From: Caulobacteraceae bacterium
GTDB lineage: Bacteria > Pseudomonadota > Alphaproteobacteria > Caulobacterales > Caulobacteraceae
Direction: 5' to 3'
DNA length: 59,651 bases
Assembly (NCBI GenBank): GCA_036498165.1
Contig: DASXIE010000243.1
Span: 1 to 59,651 of the forward strand
How positions within the stretch are numbered: position 1 is the stretch's first letter; each line of letters starts with the position of its first letter. A program made the position numbers and the translations under genes. This document shows, one piece after another, positions 22,997 through 31,963 of the stretch. The notes beneath the pieces were generated by a model that did no database searches, was not told the origin of the DNA, and worked only from the letters and a program-made list of their open reading frames with translations.

Positions 22997-23416
22997 ATGT
23001 TCGTCCCCGACCCGGCACTCGAGCACGCCTCGGCGAGGCTCGCCGGCCTCGTTCTGTGCGAGGCGCGGCTGCAACTCGACGCTCGTTTCCCATGGATCGT
23101 GCTCATCCCGCGCCTGGCGAACGCCTTGGGCCTGGAACACGTCTCCGCCGCCGATCACGCCCGCCTGATGGGCGAGATCCTGCTGGCCGGGCAGGCCGTG
23201 CGCGCTGTCGGCGAGGCAAGCGGAGCTCCGGTGGCGCGGCTCAACATCGGCATCCTCGGCAACATCACGCCCCAACTCCACGTCCACGTCGTCGGCCGCC
23301 GCCCCGGCGATGCGGCATGGCCCGGGCCGGTCTGGGGCCATGGGCAGGCGACGGCCTACGTTCCAGAGGCCCTCGCCGCCGCCGTCGCCGCGGCGAATGG
23401 GGTGCTGGCCGGCTAG
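22997..23416 (+). CDS. HIT family protein
   Basis: LGNITPQLHVHVVGR and DAAWPGPVWG. Confidence 0.85.
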   Translation: MFVPDPALEHASARLAGLVLCEARLQLDARFPWIVLIPRLANALGLEHVSAADHARLMGEILLAGQAVRAVGEASGAPVARLNIGILGNITPQLHVHVVGRRPGDAAWPGPVWGHGQATAYVPEALAAAVAAANGVLAG

Positions 23417-23799
23417 CTGCGCCGCAGAGCCACAGCGAGGCGCGCGTGTTTGCCGCTAAGCTCGCCGGTCCAGATGCCGTGCCGCCGTCGCAGAAGGACG
23501 CGGACGATGGCGGCATGATCGTTGAATTCCATTCGCAGCGCGCCGTCGCTGCGGCGAATCTGGTCGATGAAGCCGGCGCGCGGGCTTTTCCCTTCACGCC
23601 AGGCCGCCTGGAGAACGCCGCCGCCGACCGGGTCGACGATCTGGAAGACGTAGAGCGTCCGTCCCTTGACGTCTTCGAGCCGCCAGGTCCCGTCCAGGGA
23701 GCCTTGCAGGGCCTGGGCGGCGGCGGATGAGGCGGAGATGCGGGCGTCGGGCGACACCGGCGCGGCGAGGAGCACGAGGGCGGCTACAAGCGGCGCCAT
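23413..23799 (-). CDS. Hypothetical exported protein
   Basis: Hydrophobic N-terminus and AQALQGSLDGTW beta-rich body. Starts immediately after the upstream lyase stop. Confidence 0.6.
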   Translation of the reverse strand: MAPLVAALVLLAAPVSPDARISASSAAAQALQGSLDGTWRLEDVKGRTLYVFQIVDPVGGGVLQAAWREGKSPRAGFIDQIRRSDGALRMEFNDHAAIVRVLLRRRHGIWTGELSGKHARLAVALRRS

Positions 23800-23800
23800 C

Positions 23801-24673
23801 TCATCCCCGCGCCGCGATGGAATCGGCGACGGCGACCAGACGCGCGGCCTGATCGCGGTGCAGGCGTTCGGCGAGGCGCCCCTCGACCCTCAGCGCCCCC
23901 CTGCCGGCGTTTTCGGGGGCGTCGAAGGCGGCGATCACCTTCCTGGCCCAAGCGATCTCGGCGCCGGCGGGGGAAAACATCTTGTTGCAGATCGCCAGGT
24001 GGCTTGGGTGGATGAGGCTCTTGCCGTCGAAGCCCATTTCCGCGCCCTGGCGGCACGCCGCCTCCAGCGCGGCGAGATCCTCGATCTCGTTGTGGACCCC
24101 GTCGAGGATCGCGAGATCCTCGGCGCGGGCGGCGATCACCGAGAGCGACAGGGCGGCGTGGAACGGGGCCCGGTCCGGTGTCATCCGCGCCCCCATCTCC
24201 TTGGCGAGGTCGTTGATCCCCATCACGAAGGCGGAAAGGCGCGTGGTCCGGGCGCTCGCCGCGATCTTAGCGAGCGCGAGGATCGCTGGGCAGGTTTCGA
24301 TCATCGCCCACAGGCGCGTCCGGTGGGGCGCGTCGGCGAGGGCGCGGTCATGGGCAAGGACATCCTCGGGGCCGGCGACCTTGGGGACGAGGACGGCGTC
24401 GGGTCCGCTCTCGGCGGCGGCGGCGAGATCCTCCGCGCCCCACGGGGTCGAAAGGGCGTTGACGCGGATCACGACTTCGCGCGCGCCGAACCCGCCGGCC
24501 CGCACTGCCGCCATCGCCGCCTCGCGGGCGGCCGGCTTGGCCTCGGGCAGAACGGCGTCCTCGAGGTCGAGGATCACCACGTCGCAGTCGAGGCTTCGCG
24601 CCTTTTCCACCGCCCGCGGGTTGGAGGCCGGCATGTAGAGGGCGCTGCGGCGCGGCCTGGGCGGCGAGGACAT
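23801..24673 (-). CDS. HpcH/HpaI-CitE family CoA ester lyase (citryl/malyl-CoA lyase-like)
   Basis: RRSALYMPASN, LDLEDAV, MIET, GINDL and GFDGKSLIHP. Confidence 0.88.
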   Translation of the reverse strand: MSSPPRPRRSALYMPASNPRAVEKARSLDCDVVILDLEDAVLPEAKPAAREAAMAAVRAGGFGAREVVIRVNALSTPWGAEDLAAAAESGPDAVLVPKVAGPEDVLAHDRALADAPHRTRLWAMIETCPAILALAKIAASARTTRLSAFVMGINDLAKEMGARMTPDRAPFHAALSLSVIAARAEDLAILDGVHNEIEDLAALEAACRQGAEMGFDGKSLIHPSHLAICNKMFSPAGAEIAWARKVIAAFDAPENAGRGALRVEGRLAERLHRDQAARLVAVADSIAARG

Positions 24674-24728
24674 GTCGGGGACCTCAAAGGTGACGTCGGC
24701 GGGCTGATGGGGCATAAGCGATCAAGCC

Positions 24729-25121
24729 ATGACCATCCGCTACGACGAGAACGCGCGCAACGTGTTGGGCGGTGAACTGAGCCCCTGCTCGCTCTCGCCC
24801 CTCACCGGCTTCTACCGAAACGGCTGTTGCGAGACCGGGCCTGAGGACACCGGCATGCACACCGTCTGCGCGGTGATGACGGCCGATTTCCTGCGCTATT
24901 CGATGAATGTAGGCAACGACCTCTCGACGCCGCGCCCGGAATTCGATTTCCCCGGCCTTCGTCCCGGCGACCGCTGGTGCCTGTGCGCGCCCCGATGGAT
25001 GGAAGCCCTGGAGGCCGGGGCCGCCCCCGATGTCGTGCTGGAGGCGACCCACGAGGAGGTGCTGGCCATCGCCCCGCTTGGCCTGCTGAAAGACCACGCC
25101 GCCGCTCAGGCCAGAGAATAG
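24729..25121 (+). CDS. DUF2237 family protein
   Basis: TGFYRNGCC, GNDLSTP and GDRWCLCA. Confidence 0.88.
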   Translation: MTIRYDENARNVLGGELSPCSLSPLTGFYRNGCCETGPEDTGMHTVCAVMTADFLRYSMNVGNDLSTPRPEFDFPGLRPGDRWCLCAPRWMEALEAGAAPDVVLEATHEEVLAIAPLGLLKDHAAAQARE

Positions 25122-25642
25122 CTCCGCTCCAGGCGGTAGGTCTGGCCGTCATCGGTCCGCCAGCTCGAATAGAGACCGAAGGCGCGCGCGGGGAAAGGGG
25201 GCGATTTCAACAAGTTATGGCTCTGCACCCAGGCCGCGACCTGCGACGGCTCGACGCCTGAGAGATAGGCCAAAGTCACGTGCGGGCGAAAGGCGCGGCG
25301 GTCGGGCGCGAGGCCGGCGCGGCGTGCGGCGGTTTCGCATCGTCCCGCCAGCCGGGTGAGTGGCGCACTTTCGGCGAGACCGGCCCAGACGGCGCGAGCC
25401 TCGGAGCCGTCGGCGAAGAACCCCACCCCGGCGAGAGTCAGGTCGAAGGCCGACGCCCTTATCCTCCCCAGCTCGGCGTCCAGATCGTCGGCGCGATCCT
25501 CGCTGACAGGGCCGAAGAAACGCAGGGTGACGTGGAGGTTCTCCAGCGGCCGCCAGCGGGCGCCCAGGAGACCTTTCTGGCGGCGGGCGAGGCCCTCGGC
25601 GATGTCTCCGGGGATGGCGATGGCGGCGAACAGGCGGATCAT
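25106..25642 (-). CDS. thpR: RNA 2',3'-cyclic phosphodiesterase (2H family)
   Basis: MIRLFAAI and two HxT motifs (HVTLRF, PHVTLA). Confidence 0.9.
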   Translation of the reverse strand: MIRLFAAIAIPGDIAEGLARRQKGLLGARWRPLENLHVTLRFFGPVSEDRADDLDAELGRIRASAFDLTLAGVGFFADGSEARAVWAGLAESAPLTRLAGRCETAARRAGLAPDRRAFRPHVTLAYLSGVEPSQVAAWVQSHNLLKSPPFPARAFGLYSSWRTDDGQTYRLERSYSLA

Positions 25643-25770
25643 CGATGGCTCGTCCCACCTGGGAGGTGACGAGGGCTTAATGAAGGCTGTCCTTGCGTGG
25701 AAGCCCGGCGAAGACGATATTTGCCTGTGCGCGTCCGACCGGGACGCATGGAATTAAAGGGTTCGTCTCT

Positions 25771-26520
25771 ATGAGCGACTTTGATCGCGGCTTGACCCGT
25801 CCGACCGGCGTCGCCGCGCCGGATATGGCGCTGGACGAAGGCCTGCGGGCCTTCATGCTCGGCGTCTATAATAAGGTGGCGTTGGGTCTGGTGCTTTCGG
25901 CGGCCCTGGCCTGGGTGACCGGCATGTATCCGCCGGCAAGGGCGCTGTTGTTCCGCGTCGATGGGGCCGGCCACATCGGTTACACGATCCTCGGCCTCAT
26001 CGTCGCCTTCGCGCCGCTGGCCATTCTCCTGTTCCAGGGCTTCGCGCGGCGGCAATCGCCGCAGAGCGCCAGCTTCACCTACTGGGCAGTCGTAGCCCTG
26101 ATCGGCGCGTCGTTGGGGATGATCTTCATCCTCTACAGCGGCGTCGGGGTGTTCCAGACTTTCTTGGTCACAGCGGCGTCTTTCGGCGGCCTTTCCCTGG
26201 TCGGCTACACCACCAAGCGCGACCTCGCGCCCATGGGCAGCTTCCTGATCATGGGCCTGTGGGGCCTGATCATCGCCATGCTGGTCAGCTTTTTCTTCCA
26301 CTCGCCGATGATGGCCTTCGTCATCAACATCCTGGGCGTCTTAATCTTCGCCGGCCTGATCGCGGCCGACACCCAGAGACTGAAGCTCATGTACTACCAG
26401 GTCGGCGGCGACGCGGCGGCGATGAGCACGGCCACGAGCTGGGGCGCGCTCAACCTCTACCTCGATTTCGTCAACCTATTCCGCTTCCTGCTCTATTTCA
26501 TGGGTGGTAGCCGGCGCTAA
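25771..26520 (+). CDS. Bax inhibitor-1/YccA family membrane protein
   Basis: DEGLRAFMLGVY, about seven TM segments, ADTQRLK and ALNLYLDFVNLF. Confidence 0.9.
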   Translation: MSDFDRGLTRPTGVAAPDMALDEGLRAFMLGVYNKVALGLVLSAALAWVTGMYPPARALLFRVDGAGHIGYTILGLIVAFAPLAILLFQGFARRQSPQSASFTYWAVVALIGASLGMIFILYSGVGVFQTFLVTAASFGGLSLVGYTTKRDLAPMGSFLIMGLWGLIIAMLVSFFFHSPMMAFVINILGVLIFAGLIAADTQRLKLMYYQVGGDAAAMSTATSWGALNLYLDFVNLFRFLLYFMGGSRR

Positions 26521-26539
26521 GCGCAACGGAGTTCTCTGG

Positions 26540-26573
26540 AAGGCCCCGGCCGCGAACGCCACCGGGGCCTTTC
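26540..26573. terminator. Probable bidirectional intrinsic terminator between convergent yccA-like and DUF2794 genes
   Basis: Inverted repeat AAGGCCCCGG (26540-26549) / CCGGGGCCTT (26562-26571) followed by a T-rich tail. Confidence 0.7.
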
Positions 26574-26915
26574 TCATTTTACGACGGCGAAACGGGCTCG
26601 GTCGAAGACCTTGAGGACCTCCGCGAGGTCGCGGCCCCGGCGCATGACGAGCCCGCCGTGGGCCAAGACGCTCCACGCGCCTTGGCGCTGGCCGTGCGCC
26701 GCGCGCTTTTCGATGCGGTAGATGGGGATTTCGCTGGCGCGGCGGAACACGGAGAAGACCGCCGCGTCCTTCAGTGTGTCGATGGCGTAGTCTCGCCACA
26801 ACCCGGCCCCGACCATCCGTCCATAGAGCGAGAGCAGCATATCGAGCTCGCGGCGATCGAAATAGACCAGGCTCTGGGCGGGGGCGGCGGCGATGGGCGC
26901 GGAATCAAAAGCCAT
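26574..26915 (-). CDS. DUF2794 family protein
   Basis: FDRREL, YGRMVGAGLWRDYAID and AVFSVFRRASE. Confidence 0.85.
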   Translation of the reverse strand: MAFDSAPIAAAPAQSLVYFDRRELDMLLSLYGRMVGAGLWRDYAIDTLKDAAVFSVFRRASEIPIYRIEKRAAHGQRQGAWSVLAHGGLVMRRGRDLAEVLKVFDRARFAVVK

Positions 26916-27017
26916 GCGCCAAATACTCTAGACAACCCTCGCCGGTTTGGCGAGCGGCGCGAAATCTCTTTGCCGACAAGCGCTTGCCAGACCCTTGGCG
27001 CCGCCGCGAAATGACCT

Positions 27018-27056
27018 TGATTCGGCCAAGTCGTGGCCCGCTTGGATTCCGAGTCT
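27018..27056. promoter_or_regulatory. Cluster of three GANTC (CcrM) sites, two in YGAKTCK context
   Basis: TGATTCG at 27018-27024, GATTC at 27045-27049 and CGAGTCT at 27050-27056, in the region between DUF2794 and the RNA hairpin. Confidence 0.45.
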
Positions 27057-27061
27057 GTACC

Positions 27062-27145
27062 TCGCCGGCTGATCATTCACGCCCGTGGTCTCAAGACCCT
27101 GAACAGCCCCCCAGCCCCTGGGATCACGGGCAGATCAGTCGGCGA
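27062..27145 (+). ncRNA. Putative sRNA, copy 1: long hairpin with C-rich apical loop
   Basis: TCGCCGGCTGATC (27062-27074) pairs with GATCAGTCGGCGA (27133-27145), and GCCCGTGGTCTCA (27081-27093) pairs with TGGGATCACGGGC (27119-27131). All imperfect pairs are G-U on the + strand. Loop is AGACCCTGAACAGCCCCCCAGCCCC. Confidence 0.7.
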
Positions 27146-27159
27146 CTCGCCCTCTAGGT

Positions 27160-28398
27160 TCAGGCGACGGCGCTGGCCGAGCGGGGGGCGGCGTCCTCGC
27201 ATTCGGACGAGTTGGCCGCCCCGAGGCGGGCCTGGGCGGCGCTGTTCCAGGCTGAAACGCACGGAATCCGCCGCACGTCGCAGCGGACGGCGTAGCGTTC
27301 GGCGATCGTGCGCACCTCGGCGATCAGGCCCTCAGCCAGAGTGACGGGATTTAGGCCTAGGCCCAGGAACTTGTCGTTGGCGACCAGGAGGTTGTTCTCG
27401 TCGTCCTCATTCCGCGGGTTGGGCAGGAAATCGACCTTCGCCCCCGAGATGTCGGAGATCATCTTGGCCAGGTCGCGCACCCGGTGGGTTTCGGTCATCT
27501 GGTTGAGAATGTTGACACGCTCGCCGCGCCGGGGCGCGTTCTCGAGGGCGAGCTGGATGCACTTGACGGTATCCTGGATGTGGATGAAGGCCCGTGTCTG
27601 GCCGCCGGTGCCGTGGACCGTCAGGGGATAGCCCATGGCCGCCTGCATGACGAAGCGGTTGAGCACGGTGCCGTAATCGCCGTCGTAGTCGAAGCGGTTG
27701 ATCAGGCGGTCGTCGAGTTCGGTCTCGGCGGTCTGGGTTCCCCAAACGATGCCCTGGTGCAGGTCCGTGACCCGCAACTTGTCGTTCTTGTTGTAGAACA
27801 GGAAGAACAGCTGATCCTGGGTCTTGGTCATGTGGTAGATGCTGCCCGGATCCGGCGGATAGAGAATTTCCTTCTGCTTATCGCCTTCCGAGGTCTTCAG
27901 GGTGACGTTGAGATAGCCCTCAGGGATCTGCATCCCGGCGGTGCCGTAGCCATACACCCCCATGGTTCCCAGGTGCACGAGGTGCACATCCAGGCCACTC
28001 TCGACGATGGCTGCGCAAACGTCGTTGGTGGCGTTGAGGTTATTGTTGACCGTGTAGCGCTTGTGGCCGGACGACTTCATTGAATAAGGCGCGGCGCGTT
28101 GCTCCGCGAAATGAATGATCGCGTCCGGTCGGAACTCCTGGATCAGTCCAAGCAGGCGATGGTAATGTACGCCGACGGTAAAGCTGTGGACGATGATCCG
28201 GCGACCGGTGACTTCCTCCCAGGCCTCGACGCGCTCGCCGAGCGGGCGGATGGGGGTCAGGGAATCGGCCTCGAGCTCAATGTCGATGTGCCGGCGAGAC
28301 ATGTTGTCGACGATGACGATCTCATGGCCAAGCTTGGAAAGATGCAGGGCGGTCGGCCAGCCGCAGAAGCCGTCCCCGCCAAGTACGATGATCTTCAT
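27160..28398 (-). CDS. sqdB: UDP-sulfoquinovose synthase
   Basis: VLGGDGFCGWPTALHLS, HFAEQRAAPYSM, HLGTMGVYG, GSIYHMTK, DLHQGIVWG and RFDYDGDYGTVLNRF. Confidence 0.92.
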   Translation of the reverse strand: MKIIVLGGDGFCGWPTALHLSKLGHEIVIVDNMSRRHIDIELEADSLTPIRPLGERVEAWEEVTGRRIIVHSFTVGVHYHRLLGLIQEFRPDAIIHFAEQRAAPYSMKSSGHKRYTVNNNLNATNDVCAAIVESGLDVHLVHLGTMGVYGYGTAGMQIPEGYLNVTLKTSEGDKQKEILYPPDPGSIYHMTKTQDQLFFLFYNKNDKLRVTDLHQGIVWGTQTAETELDDRLINRFDYDGDYGTVLNRFVMQAAMGYPLTVHGTGGQTRAFIHIQDTVKCIQLALENAPRRGERVNILNQMTETHRVRDLAKMISDISGAKVDFLPNPRNEDDENNLLVANDKFLGLGLNPVTLAEGLIAEVRTIAERYAVRCDVRRIPCVSAWNSAAQARLGAANSSECEDAAPRSASAVA

Positions 28399-28649
28399 GA
28401 GGGGCCCTCGAGTTTGCGCCGGGTTACACGCCAAAAGCTCAATGCGCAACCGATGCGTAGAGACGCTGGTCAAGCGATTGTGATGCTGGCGGGGGCGCCT
28501 GAAGGCCGCGCGACGGCACGTGAAGTCGCCTTTGGGCGCGGCGTCGCCGGGGCGGGCGGGCGCGGAAACGCCGGCTTGGGGTTGCCAAGGTATTCATAAT
28601 CCTGTTGGAGTTTGCCAAGGTCGCGGGGCCACTTCGGGGAACAACAGCA

Positions 28650-29372
28650 ATGGAGCTGGCGAGAAGTGCGATCGGGCATGACGGCGCCGTGTTGGAAGGG
28701 CTCGACGCCGCGACTTTGATCGAACGCGTCATTGTCGATCGCTCATTTGGCCGGGTCGGCGTAGTGTCGTCTTTCGGGGCCGAGTCAGCTGTGCTTTTGC
28801 ATCTGGTGGCCCAGGTCGATACTCAGACGCCGGTATTGTTCATCGACACGGGCAAGCTGTTCGGCGAAACCTTGCGCTATGCTGAACGGCTTCAGGGACA
28901 ACTGGGCCTGACCGATCTTCGGATGCTCGAGCCCGACGCCGAGGACGTGGCGGTCGCCGACCAGCATGGTGATCTGTGGCGGGAGGACGCCGACGCCTGC
29001 TGTGCGGTCCGCAAGGTCGCGCCCCTCAGCCGGGCCTTGAACGAATTCGACACCTGGATCACCGGCCGCAAGCGCTACCAGGGCGCCACCCGGGCCGGCC
29101 TTGATAAGACCGAAGTCGTCGACGGCCGACTCAAGGTCAACCCGCTGGCGGCCTGGACGCGCGCCGACCTCGACGATTATTTCGCCGCCCACGACCTGCC
29201 GCGCCATCCCCTCGAGGCGGACGGGTTCCTCTCGATCGGCTGTTATACCTGCACCGAGCGGGTGCGCCTGGGCGAGGACCCGCGCGCCGGCCGCTGGCGG
29301 GGCCTTAACAAGACCGAATGTGGCATCCATCTGCCGGCCGGAAGCGTCGCCGCGAGGATGCCGCCGCGGTGA
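28650..29372 (+). CDS. cysH: APS/PAPS reductase (Fe-S-binding APS-reductase type)
   Basis: SSFGAES, DTG, CCAVRKVAPL, SIGCYTCT, RAGRW and KTECGIH. The CC...CxxC pattern is the [4Fe-4S] signature. Confidence 0.9.
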   Translation: MELARSAIGHDGAVLEGLDAATLIERVIVDRSFGRVGVVSSFGAESAVLLHLVAQVDTQTPVLFIDTGKLFGETLRYAERLQGQLGLTDLRMLEPDAEDVAVADQHGDLWREDADACCAVRKVAPLSRALNEFDTWITGRKRYQGATRAGLDKTEVVDGRLKVNPLAAWTRADLDDYFAAHDLPRHPLEADGFLSIGCYTCTERVRLGEDPRAGRWRGLNKTECGIHLPAGSVAARMPPR

Positions 29373-30451
29373 AGCCACGCGCCCTGGCGGGCGAGGCTAC
29401 CACAGGAAGACCAAGCGGGGCGATCCGGCGCGTGGCCATCGTGACGGCCGGCGAGAACCCTTCGTTCGACTATTACCTCGCCCCGCGGCTGGCCCTGAAT
29501 GCGGCGCCGCCGGTCGACAGGTTCGACCTTTCCGCGTCGCGGCGCGCCCGCGAGAGCGCCGATTGGCAAGGCGTCTTCCTGCTCTTCTGCCGTTATCTCA
29601 GCGACGGCTGGCTGCGCACCGCCCAGGCCCACGCCGGCGAACTGGCGGGCACCGGCCTCTTCATCGACGACGACTTCGAGGCCTTGGCCGCAGACAAGCG
29701 CAACCGCTGGCGCTACCGCTGGAAGCTGCGCAGACACGGCCTCCATCTGTGGCCGAAGCTCACGCCGCGTCTCCAGGGGCTATGGGTCTCCACGGCGCCC
29801 CTCGCCGAACTTTGGGCGCGAAGGCCCGGGGCGCCGGTCCCTCGCCTGACCCCGCCGCTGGCCGACGAAGAGGACCTTGCCAGCACGCCGTCCCGCCCAC
29901 AGCGACCCCTCATCGGCCTGCACGCCACCTCCTCCCACGGCGCCGACCAGCGCTGGTTGGGGCCCGTCGTGCGCGAGGTGCTCGCTGCCGACCCCAGAGT
30001 CGATTTCGAGGTAGTGGCCGACCCAGGCCGTGACCGGCTGTGGCGCGGCGAACCCAGGATCCGGGTGATCCCCTACCGTTCCTGGCCGGCCTACCGCGCC
30101 GACACCGCCGCCCACGGCCGCGACTTGCTGCTCGCCCCGCTGCAACCCGGCCCCGCCAACGCCGCACGCGCCTATGTGAAGCGCATCGACGCCGCCCGCT
30201 GCGGGGCGGCCCTCATGGTCTCCGATTCGGCGATCTTCCAGGTCAGCCCCGGTGAGGTGACTTTGGGCATGGTCGCGCCCCTGGAGGCTTCGGCCTGGGT
30301 CAAGGGTGTGCTTGGCCTCATCGGCGACGAGGCGCGCCGACAGAGCCTGATCGATCTCAACCGCGAGAAGCTCACCGTCGCGCGGCGGGCGGCCTCGGCC
30401 TTGTTCGAGCCCGAAGCCGCGGGCATGGATGGGACGTGGCGAGCGATCTGA
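29369..30451 (+). CDS. Putative GT-B fold glycosyltransferase
   Basis: GTGA overlap with cysH. FIDDD, IGLHATSSH and LAPL...N.AR..VKRIDAARCGA are typical of capsule-locus GT-B proteins. Confidence 0.6.
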   Translation: MKPRALAGEATTGRPSGAIRRVAIVTAGENPSFDYYLAPRLALNAAPPVDRFDLSASRRARESADWQGVFLLFCRYLSDGWLRTAQAHAGELAGTGLFIDDDFEALAADKRNRWRYRWKLRRHGLHLWPKLTPRLQGLWVSTAPLAELWARRPGAPVPRLTPPLADEEDLASTPSRPQRPLIGLHATSSHGADQRWLGPVVREVLAADPRVDFEVVADPGRDRLWRGEPRIRVIPYRSWPAYRADTAAHGRDLLLAPLQPGPANAARAYVKRIDAARCGAALMVSDSAIFQVSPGEVTLGMVAPLEASAWVKGVLGLIGDEARRQSLIDLNREKLTVARRAASALFEPEAAGMDGTWRAI

Positions 30452-31854
30452 CCATGCTGGGCGGGGCGCCGCCGTCGGCGACCTGGCGGCGCGCCCGCGA
30501 CCGGCTGACGCGGCGGTCGGCGCATCTGGTCGTATTCGGACCCGTCAATGCCCCGCGCCGGGTCTTGCGCGCCCTGGTCGGCGGACGGCTGTCGGCGATG
30601 GCGGAGGGATTCGATCCATCCTTCTATCTGGCCCAGGTACCGCCCGGACTGCCGCGCCGGCGGGCGCGGCGCGATCCCCTGCTGCACTACTGGCTGATCG
30701 GCGCCCGCCAGGGCCGCTGGCCGTCGCCCGGCTTCAAGGCTGGCTCTCCCGCTCCGCCATCGGCAGCTGGTGACGGGGTCGCCTTGCTGATCGACCACGG
30801 CCGGGGCGGGGGCAGCAGCCGCCTCCTGGCCCAATACGCTGGGAAGCTCGCCCAGCAGGGCTGGACCGTACTCGCCCCGCGCCGCGTCGGCCGCGAGACG
30901 CCACTGTTCGTCTTTCCCGAGGGGGACGACTGGCGGGTCTTCGATCTTATCGCCGACGGGACGGCCCTGGCCGATTTCGCCCGCGCCCGCCGGGTGAGCC
31001 TCCTCGTCGTCAACCATTTGATCGATCTGCCGCAGGACGCCGCCAGTTTGCTGATCCGCTTCGCCGATGAGATCGGCGCCACGCTCGAGGTGCTCCTGCA
31101 CGATTATTATCTCGCCTGTCCGCGTATCGACCTCATCGCCAGCGACGGGCTCTATTGTGGCCTGGCGCCGATGGAGACCTGCCGCTCGTGTCTGGCCGCT
31201 TCCGGCCCGGGGCTGAGCGGCGTGGATATTTCCGTCTGGCGCTCGAGTTCGGCGTCGCTGCTCGCCAAGGCGGCGCGCATCGTGGCCCCCAGCCAGGATC
31301 TTGCTGATCGCCTCGTCGCCGCCTTCCCCAACGTGCGCATAGATGTCGACGAACCGGAAGATGACAGCGCTCTTCCGGCCATATCCGCCCCGCCCCCGCT
31401 CGCCCTCGACGAAGCCATGCGGGTGCTGGTGCTGGGGGCCCTCAACCGCCCCAAAGGATTGGACGTGGTCATCGCGCTCGCCCGCGTGCTCTCGGTTCGC
31501 CGCGCGCCGGTAAGGATCACCGTCCTGGGTCCCGCTGCCGACGCCCGCGCCCTGCGCGGGGCCGGTGTGACGGTGCTGGGTCGCTATCCTCCCGAGGCGG
31601 TCCACGATCGATTGGCCACCGAGGCGCCCCACGTGATCTTTTTTCCCGCTGTCTGGCCCGAAACCTGGTCCTTTACACTCAGCGAGGCCCTGCGCTCCGA
31701 CGCCGAGATCCTCGCCTTTGATATCGGTGCGATCGCCAAGCGGCTGAAGCGTCTGGGGCGCGGACGGGTTATTCCCTATGCCGCGAGCAGCGATCCGCAC
31801 GCTCTGGCCGCGGTCTTTCTCGACCTGCGGGAGGAGATCGCCGCGAAGGGGTGA
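30436..31854 (+). CDS. GT4-like glycosyltransferase with N-terminal FD.xxYL...DPLxHY repeat
   Basis: LIDHGRGGG, LHDYYLACP, APS, KG and PETWSFTLSEAL...AFDIGA. Alternative ATG at 30454. Confidence 0.78.
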   Translation: MASDLTMLGGAPPSATWRRARDRLTRRSAHLVVFGPVNAPRRVLRALVGGRLSAMAEGFDPSFYLAQVPPGLPRRRARRDPLLHYWLIGARQGRWPSPGFKAGSPAPPSAAGDGVALLIDHGRGGGSSRLLAQYAGKLAQQGWTVLAPRRVGRETPLFVFPEGDDWRVFDLIADGTALADFARARRVSLLVVNHLIDLPQDAASLLIRFADEIGATLEVLLHDYYLACPRIDLIASDGLYCGLAPMETCRSCLAASGPGLSGVDISVWRSSSASLLAKAARIVAPSQDLADRLVAAFPNVRIDVDEPEDDSALPAISAPPPLALDEAMRVLVLGALNRPKGLDVVIALARVLSVRRAPVRITVLGPAADARALRGAGVTVLGRYPPEAVHDRLATEAPHVIFFPAVWPETWSFTLSEALRSDAEILAFDIGAIAKRLKRLGRGRVIPYAASSDPHALAAVFLDLREEIAAKG

Positions 31855-31963
31855 CCGTCGCAACGCCCCATATCACCGCCGGTTGCAATGCTCGGCTTCG
31901 GCCGTCTAATAGAACCGCTAGGGAGGCATCGCCGCACCGACGGCCGCCAAGGAGAGGTCACGA

